A DNA stretch of 10,626 nucleotides from a bacterium. GTDB lineage: Bacteria > Arandabacterota > Arandabacteria > Arandabacterales > JALGWA01. The notes beneath the pieces were generated by a model. The model was not told the origin of the DNA and ran no database searches. It saw nothing but the letters and a program-made list of their open reading frames with translations. A program made the position numbers and the translations under genes. Location of the stretch: positions 1 through 10,626 of the forward strand of contig JASFEA010000110.1 of assembly GCA_050125095.1 (NCBI GenBank), in the 5' to 3' direction. Below, one piece after another: positions 6,270-10,626 of the stretch; the stretch's first letter is position 1; the number at the start of each line of letters is the position of its first letter.

Positions 6270-9200
6270 TCATCTCTCCAGGGTGGCGAGGCCCCTCCTT
6301 GCGCCGTCATTCTCCGGGTCGATTGCCAGGGCTCTCTGCCAGTACGCCCTCGCCGATTCGTAATCCCCGAGCGCGCGCATGATGGCGCCGAGATTAAGCC
6401 AGTGGCTCACATTCGCGGGTTCGACCTCGGCCGCGCTGCGGTATGCCGAGGCCGCTTCCTCAAGGTAAGCCGCGGCCTTCAGCCTGCGGCTCTCTGCCTG
6501 TTCCCCGGTCATCTCCGCACCCTGCATGCCCGCGATTTCCCCTGTTGCAAGCGCATAGAGCACCTCGCCCTTGATTTCATACATGCCGACGCTCTCAAAG
6601 CCCATCTCGAAGGCCGCGTCCAGCGTCGCAAGGGATGTGCGGAGCTCTCCGATGTCGCGGTACAGAACGGCGATGTTCTCGATATCGATTTCGCGGGGCT
6701 CAATAAAGTTCAGCGCCTCCGTGTACCCCCGCAGGATGTTCTGGATCCGCCTCCGGCGCTCTTCCCCATAGGGCATGTTCTGCGCGTTCAGATAAAGCTG
6801 CTCGGCGTAGCCGGTCATGCTCTGGCCGACGGCGACTGAGATGTCCTCATCAAGCATCCAGTCGTTCCGCTTCGCAAGATAGACGGGATGCGTCCAGGGA
6901 TCCGCGGCGGAGTCCGTGTAGATATATTCCATGAAGGCCCGCCGGTTGTCCTCATATACTTCGAGCTTCTCCCTGACGGCGGGGTCGCGGGCATCAGGTT
7001 CCTTCAATATCTCGAGCGCCGGACGCGACAGATCCGATAGGTCGCGATGAAGAACATCGAGCACCTGCGTGTACATCTCGCGCGACGCGTAGTACTCGAG
7101 GAAAGCGCTGTCGTCGGTAATGAGTCTGCCGTCCCCGGCGTAACCGCGCAGATCGAGATCGGCCGCTACGAACCGCCTTAAGAACGAATAGGCCGACATG
7201 GCACCTTCCGGGTGGAAGTAGTTCCTGATGCCGTAGGTCGATACGGCATGGTCTATATCCGACAGGCTCACAAGCGGCTTCTCATCCGAGCCCAGAAGCA
7301 GGAAGTCACCTCCGGTAATATTGACCCACCAAAGCGACGCATGCGGGAAGACCGCGGCGAAAGTCTTAACCACCGACTTGAACGTATGCGGACTCAGCCT
7401 GTAGCCGTGCAGCCACTGGCAGCAGACGCCGCCCTCTCTGAGCCTGCCGCGCATGGCCTGGAAGTATTCAAAGGTAAAGAGGTTCCCCATGCCGCTCAGC
7501 CATGGGTTGGAGGGCTCGGCGATTATGACGTCGTACTTGTCGTCGCGGAAGAAGAGAAGACTCCGCCCGTCGCCGAGTACGACCTCTCCCCTCGGGTCGG
7601 ACATTCTGGTGCTGTCATATGCGCCATAGAAGAACCTCGAAGCTTCGATGACCTCCTCGGATACCTCCACGCAGCGGACCCTCTCGGCCGCATAGCCGAG
7701 GGCCGTCGCGTACGTGGTGCCCGTTCCCAGGCCAATGATGAGAACGTCTCCGGGGTGCCCGTGCATGACCATGGGCAGATGCGCCAGCATCGACTGCGTG
7801 GTCATATCGGATGGGTCATTCGAGCCGTCTGTCTTGCCGTCTATTGCAAGGAAGGTACGGGTGCCGTCCGAGGAACGGCTCACGGTCACCGTCCCCCCGG
7901 GGCCGTCTTCATGGTAAAGGAGCGTCCGCATCTCCACCGGCACCTCTCCACCCGATACCTCCTCGTATTGCCAGAAGTATATGTATCCCCCGCCATAGAG
8001 AAGGCGGGGGTCGGCCGCCGGTCGAAACAGCAGCACAAGGACGGCCGCGAGCGGCACCGGAACGAGGCAGGACGCCCACCTGAATCCCTTTCCCTTCCCC
8101 ACTATGTAAAGCCCTAGGGCGAGCTGCAAAATGATGACCGGGACCACCGCACGGTGGGCGCCCATTGCCGGCAGAAGCACGAAACCTGCTATTAGCGAGC
8201 CCGCGATGGCGCCGAGGCTGTTTCCCGCATAGAGCCGGCCTATGCGCTCGGAGAGCCGGTCCGCGTCGGGAACATAGGCGGAAGCGGCGGCCGGGAAAAG
8301 AGCGCCTGAGAACAAGGTGAGGGGAAGTATGACAGCGCCCGCGAGCATGTATTTCACCCCGACCAGCGCGCCGAAGCTGTGCTGGTTTTCAGCGATGAGC
8401 CGGGAAGCCATCCGGGGAAGACCGGGAAGAAGAAGCGCCGCAACTGTGGCCGCGAGCCCCGTAAGCACGATGAGCACGCCGCATGAGAACACTTTGTTCC
8501 GGATTCGCTCAGAGAGCGCGGCGTACACGGCGCTTCCGACGGCCAGCCCCAGAACAAAACACGAGAGCACAGTTGCGAACGAATATGAAGCGGGGCCGAT
8601 ACTTGCTATTAGGAGACGCGTCCAGACGATCTCATACGAGAGAGCGCAGAATCCTGAAATGGCAAACGCAACTAGTATATATCTGCGCGTGGTGAGTGCC
8701 TTCTTCGCATCATATATGGCTCCAGCCATTCGCCCTACCGACCACGGGAAGCGGCCAAGCACCAGGTAACCCGCCAGCGCGATGGAGAGATTGACGGCGA
8801 CGCCCACCAGTGTCGACCTCCAGGTACCCAGGCGCGGCAGAAGAACGAACCCGGCCAATGCGGCGCCTGCTGCCGCGCCAGCGCTGTTCACCCCGTAGAG
8901 CAAACCGGCTCTCTTACTCAGCTTGCTGTACGAGTGCGTGAGGGCCTCGATGAGGATGGGGAGCGTCATACCCATGAGCACCGTGGGGGGCAGCATGATG
9001 AGCGCCGAGAGCAGAATGCGAAGCATGTGATAGACGAATTGGCTGTCATAGGAGCTCCGGTAGATGACGCCGAAGATGGGCCTGACCGCGGTGAAGACGA
9101 GCGGGATGAGAAGCGCGACGAGTCCGATGAGGGCTTCAAGATTGAAGTATACCAGGGCAAGGTCCCGGCTTCGCCTCGCGACCCGACCCGAGAGGAGACT

Positions 9201-9389
9201 ACCCAGCCCCAGGCCTGCCATGAATATGGCGACCACCGTGGCGGCGGAGTAGGCCGTGCTCTCGAAGTAAAGGCCGGCGAGCCGGAGCCAGCTGACCTCA
9301 TAGACGAGGGCAGCAAACCCGCTCAGGAAGAAACTCAGGAGAACGAGGCTCTCGAGCCACGGCCGATTCTGCTCCTCTGTACTCGCCAA
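6270..9389 (-). CDS. Fused membrane (MFS-like) / spermidine-synthase-like SAM-binding protein with C-terminal TPR region, 1039 aa
   Basis: About 13 hydrophobic segments in two homologous halves (SGFAALVYEVSWLRL / SGFCALSYEIVWTRL; GLLYGVNSAGAAAG / GRLYAGNSLGAIAG). Then LAIDGKTDGS, LIIGLGTGTT, CVEVSEEVIEA, GDGRSLL and YDVIIAEPSNPW. TPR-like end (WLNLGAIMRALGDYESARAYWQRALAIDPEN). TTG start with GAGGGGG upstream; exact start less certain. Confidence 0.88.
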   Translation of the reverse strand: MASTEEQNRPWLESLVLLSFFLSGFAALVYEVSWLRLAGLYFESTAYSAATVVAIFMAGLGLGSLLSGRVARRSRDLALVYFNLEALIGLVALLIPLVFTAVRPIFGVIYRSSYDSQFVYHMLRILLSALIMLPPTVLMGMTLPILIEALTHSYSKLSKRAGLLYGVNSAGAAAGAALAGFVLLPRLGTWRSTLVGVAVNLSIALAGYLVLGRFPWSVGRMAGAIYDAKKALTTRRYILVAFAISGFCALSYEIVWTRLLIASIGPASYSFATVLSCFVLGLAVGSAVYAALSERIRNKVFSCGVLIVLTGLAATVAALLLPGLPRMASRLIAENQHSFGALVGVKYMLAGAVILPLTLFSGALFPAAASAYVPDADRLSERIGRLYAGNSLGAIAGSLIAGFVLLPAMGAHRAVVPVIILQLALGLYIVGKGKGFRWASCLVPVPLAAVLVLLFRPAADPRLLYGGGYIYFWQYEEVSGGEVPVEMRTLLYHEDGPGGTVTVSRSSDGTRTFLAIDGKTDGSNDPSDMTTQSMLAHLPMVMHGHPGDVLIIGLGTGTTYATALGYAAERVRCVEVSEEVIEASRFFYGAYDSTRMSDPRGEVVLGDGRSLLFFRDDKYDVIIAEPSNPWLSGMGNLFTFEYFQAMRGRLREGGVCCQWLHGYRLSPHTFKSVVKTFAAVFPHASLWWVNITGGDFLLLGSDEKPLVSLSDIDHAVSTYGIRNYFHPEGAMSAYSFLRRFVAADLDLRGYAGDGRLITDDSAFLEYYASREMYTQVLDVLHRDLSDLSRPALEILKEPDARDPAVREKLEVYEDNRRAFMEYIYTDSAADPWTHPVYLAKRNDWMLDEDISVAVGQSMTGYAEQLYLNAQNMPYGEERRRRIQNILRGYTEALNFIEPREIDIENIAVLYRDIGELRTSLATLDAAFEMGFESVGMYEIKGEVLYALATGEIAGMQGAEMTGEQAESRRLKAAAYLEEAASAYRSAAEVEPANVSHWLNLGAIMRALGDYESARAYWQRALAIDPENDGARRGLATLER

Positions 9390-9419
9390 AGCCCGATTTA
9401 CCCCCTCAGTGGCTGCGCC

Positions 9420-9444
9420 TGGACTCCCCCGGATGGGAAGTCCA
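9420..9444 (-). promoter_or_regulatory. 10-bp hairpin at the predicted 5' end of the spermidine-synthase-like mRNA
   Basis: Minus-strand RNA UGGACUUCCC-AUCCG-GGGGAGUCCA: 10 pairs including one G-U, immediately downstream of the -10 at 9454-9449. Confidence 0.55.
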
Positions 9445-9448
9445 TACG

Positions 9449-9477
9449 ATTATCCTCTCGCCTCCGCGGCGTGTCAA
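9449..9477 (-). promoter_or_regulatory. Putative sigma70 promoter for the 6270-9389 gene
   Basis: Minus strand TTGACA (9477-9472, perfect) - 17 bp - GATAAT (9454-9449). Confidence 0.75.
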
Positions 9478-9547
9478 CACATGCGGGCAACACGGGTGTC
9501 TTATGCTCCTCAAGAAACGACCCGGCGTGCCGGGTATGCATTTCGGG

Positions 9548-9573
9548 ACCTGACCCCACAACCTGACCCCACA
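9548..9573. repeat. Exact 2 x 13-bp tandem repeat ACCTGACCCCACA
   Basis: acctgaccccaca at 9548-9560 and 9561-9573. Confidence 0.9.
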
Positions 9574-9581
9574 TCCACCCC

Positions 9582-9610
9582 TTGTCGGCACCCGCAGCCT
9601 TGGGTAGAGT
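9582..9610 (+). promoter_or_regulatory. Putative sigma70 promoter upstream of the structured intergenic element
   Basis: TTGTCG (9582-9587; same hexamer as the 3109 promoter) - 17 bp - TAGAGT (9605-9610; TAnnnT). Confidence 0.45.
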
Positions 9611-9625
9611 CTGGCAGAGAGACAA

Positions 9626-9745
9626 AGATGGCGGCAGGCCGTGTGGCAGTACCGCTGGATAAAGTGAGAGAACTTTCCTAGGAGTTCTCATTGCGCCGAT
9701 CCACAACCCAGCAAGCGGGACGATCCCCCGCGGCCTGCCCCGTTT
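9626..9745 (+). ncRNA. Candidate structured RNA (nested rod-like stem-loop, family unassigned)
   Basis: Nested pairings found by eye: GGCAGGCCGUG 9633-9643 / CGCGGCCUGCC 9729-9739; GUaCCGCU 9649-9656 / AGCGGgAC 9714-9721; GGAU 9657-9660 / AUCC 9699-9702; GAGAACU 9668-9674 / AGUUCUC 9683-9689. G-U pairs favour the + strand. Confidence 0.4.
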
Positions 9746-9767
9746 AACCATGCCCGGCTGTTGGGGT

Positions 9768-9796
9768 TTGATTTAGCCCACTGTTGTTGTTATGAT
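9768..9796 (+). promoter_or_regulatory. Putative sigma70 promoter (extended -10) for the PLP enzyme gene
   Basis: TTGATT (9768-9773) - 17 bp - TATGAT (9791-9796) with TGn at 9788-9790; AGAGGAG RBS at 9842-9848. Confidence 0.7.
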
Positions 9797-9857
9797 TCTC
9801 CCTACCTGATTAGACAAGAGACCGGGGGAGAACCGTCACCAAGAGGAGCCATTTGAA

Positions 9858-10626
9858 ATGCCCAGCAAAGAGCAGGTACTCGAGAATACGGTGAAGAGGT
9901 GTCGCGAGCGCAATATCATTATTCCCACATATGAAGAGATGCGGGACCCCGAGAAGGTCCCGGCCGGCATAAAGAAGGAACTCAAGGACATCGGTCTATG
10001 GGACCTGCATCCGAGGAACCTGTTCAGGATCACCTGGAAGAACGAGCCCATCAAGCACGGCGGCGGATTCGGGGGAGTGAACTACTTCGAAATCCCCTGC
10101 GAGCTCAGCGGGGTCAGGGCCAGGATCTTCGTTCTCATCGGCAAGTTCTTCCCCACCGGTGCGCACAAAGTCGGCGCCACGTTCGGGCCGCTGGTCGAGA
10201 AGCTTGTGAGGGGCGAGTTTGATCCCACAACCCAGAAAGCCCTGTGGCCGTCCACGGGCAATTACTGCCGGGGAGGGGCATATGACGCCTACCTGCTTGC
10301 CTGCCCTTCAATCGCCGTAATGCCCGAGGGCATGTCTCAGGAGAGGTTCGACTATCTCAAGAAGGTGGGGTCGGAGATATACCCCACTCCCGGCACCGAG
10401 AGCAACGTGAAAGAGGTCTATGACAAGACGCATGAACTCAAGAATGCGAGGCCCGACGAGATAGTGGTGCTCAACCAGTTCGATGAGTTCGGGAATTCCA
10501 TATGGCACTACGCGGTGACAGGGCCGGCCATGGAGGAGGTCTTCGCCAAAGAGATGAAGCCCTCCGACAGATTCTCGGCCATCTTCCTGACCCAGGGCTC
10601 GGCGGGAACGCTGGGATGCGCGGACT
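9858..10626 (+). CDS. PLP-dependent enzyme, fold type II (PALP; TrpB/cysteine synthase-like), 3'-truncated by the window edge
   Basis: Translated by hand (not in the ORF track): MPSKEQVLENTVKRCRERNIIIPTYEEMRDP...GLWDLHPRNLFRITWKNEP...GKFFPTGAHKVGA (PLP Lys104 at 10167-10169)...WPSTGNYCRGGA...MPEGMSQERF...NQFDEFGNSIWHY...TQGSAGTLGCAD. Open for 256 codons, with a strong RBS. Confidence 0.9.
   Translation, partial: MPSKEQVLENTVKRCRERNIIIPTYEEMRDPEKVPAGIKKELKDIGLWDLHPRNLFRITWKNEPIKHGGGFGGVNYFEIPCELSGVRARIFVLIGKFFPTGAHKVGATFGPLVEKLVRGEFDPTTQKALWPSTGNYCRGGAYDAYLLACPSIAVMPEGMSQERFDYLKKVGSEIYPTPGTESNVKEVYDKTHELKNARPDEIVVLNQFDEFGNSIWHYAVTGPAMEEVFAKEMKPSDRFSAIFLTQGSAGTLGCAD

Noticed and set aside
9530..9565. 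Minus-strand GGGUCAGGUCCCGAAA resembling SRP RNA domain IV
   Set aside because: The required downstream GGAAGCAG half and the flanking long helix are absent.
814..9566. Long antisense or alternate-frame ORFs (814-1674, 4753-5694, 6234-6839, 7212-8117, 8934-9566 and others)
   Set aside because: Shadow ORFs expected opposite GC-rich genes; no recognisable motifs, and they overlap genes with clear family signatures.
9711..9728. GCAAGCGGGACGAUCCCC resembles the 5' part of E. coli 6S RNA
   Set aside because: A 6S RNA placed here would run over the next promoter and start codon, and the central-bubble geometry does not fit; left for cmscan to decide.
9398..9751. Intergenic ORFs 9398-9751 (-), 9406-9591 (-) and 9409-9681 (+)
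   Set aside because: No convincing RBS or protein-like motifs; they run across predicted promoters and palindromes.
9800..9835. ACCUGAU...GGGGGA resembling the 3' half of a TPP riboswitch
   Set aside because: No upstream CUGAGA motif and no P5 stem.

Overview
GC-rich bacterial chromosomal window with six protein genes in four transcription units, separated by two divergent intergenic regions. Left (minus strand): a translationally coupled operon of a DUF6599-like lipoprotein (2384-2938), a NapH/MauN + NapG/MauM-like membrane polyferredoxin (781-2391) and a second, longer DUF6599-like lipoprotein (788 to the left edge; missed by the ORF track) whose signal-peptide region carries a 5 x 12-bp tandem repeat encoding Cys every fourth residue. 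Middle: a secreted modular C39-like cysteine peptidase (peptidase + Ig-like + 7-repeat beta-propeller + FlgD-Ig/T9SS-like tail; 3256-6225, +) converging on a membrane-fused spermidine-synthase-like/TPR protein lacking canonical aminopropyltransferase residues (6270-9389, -). Right: a fold-type II PLP enzyme (9858 to the right edge, +; missed by the ORF track). Five sigma70-like promoters with 17-bp spacers can be read by eye. One of them (9582-9610) precedes a ~120-nt nested stem-loop (9626-9745) that I cannot assign to a known family; this is the best candidate for an undescribed ncRNA or cis-regulatory leader. No rRNA, tRNA, CRISPR array or transposase was seen. All family names come from motif recognition, not from database searches.
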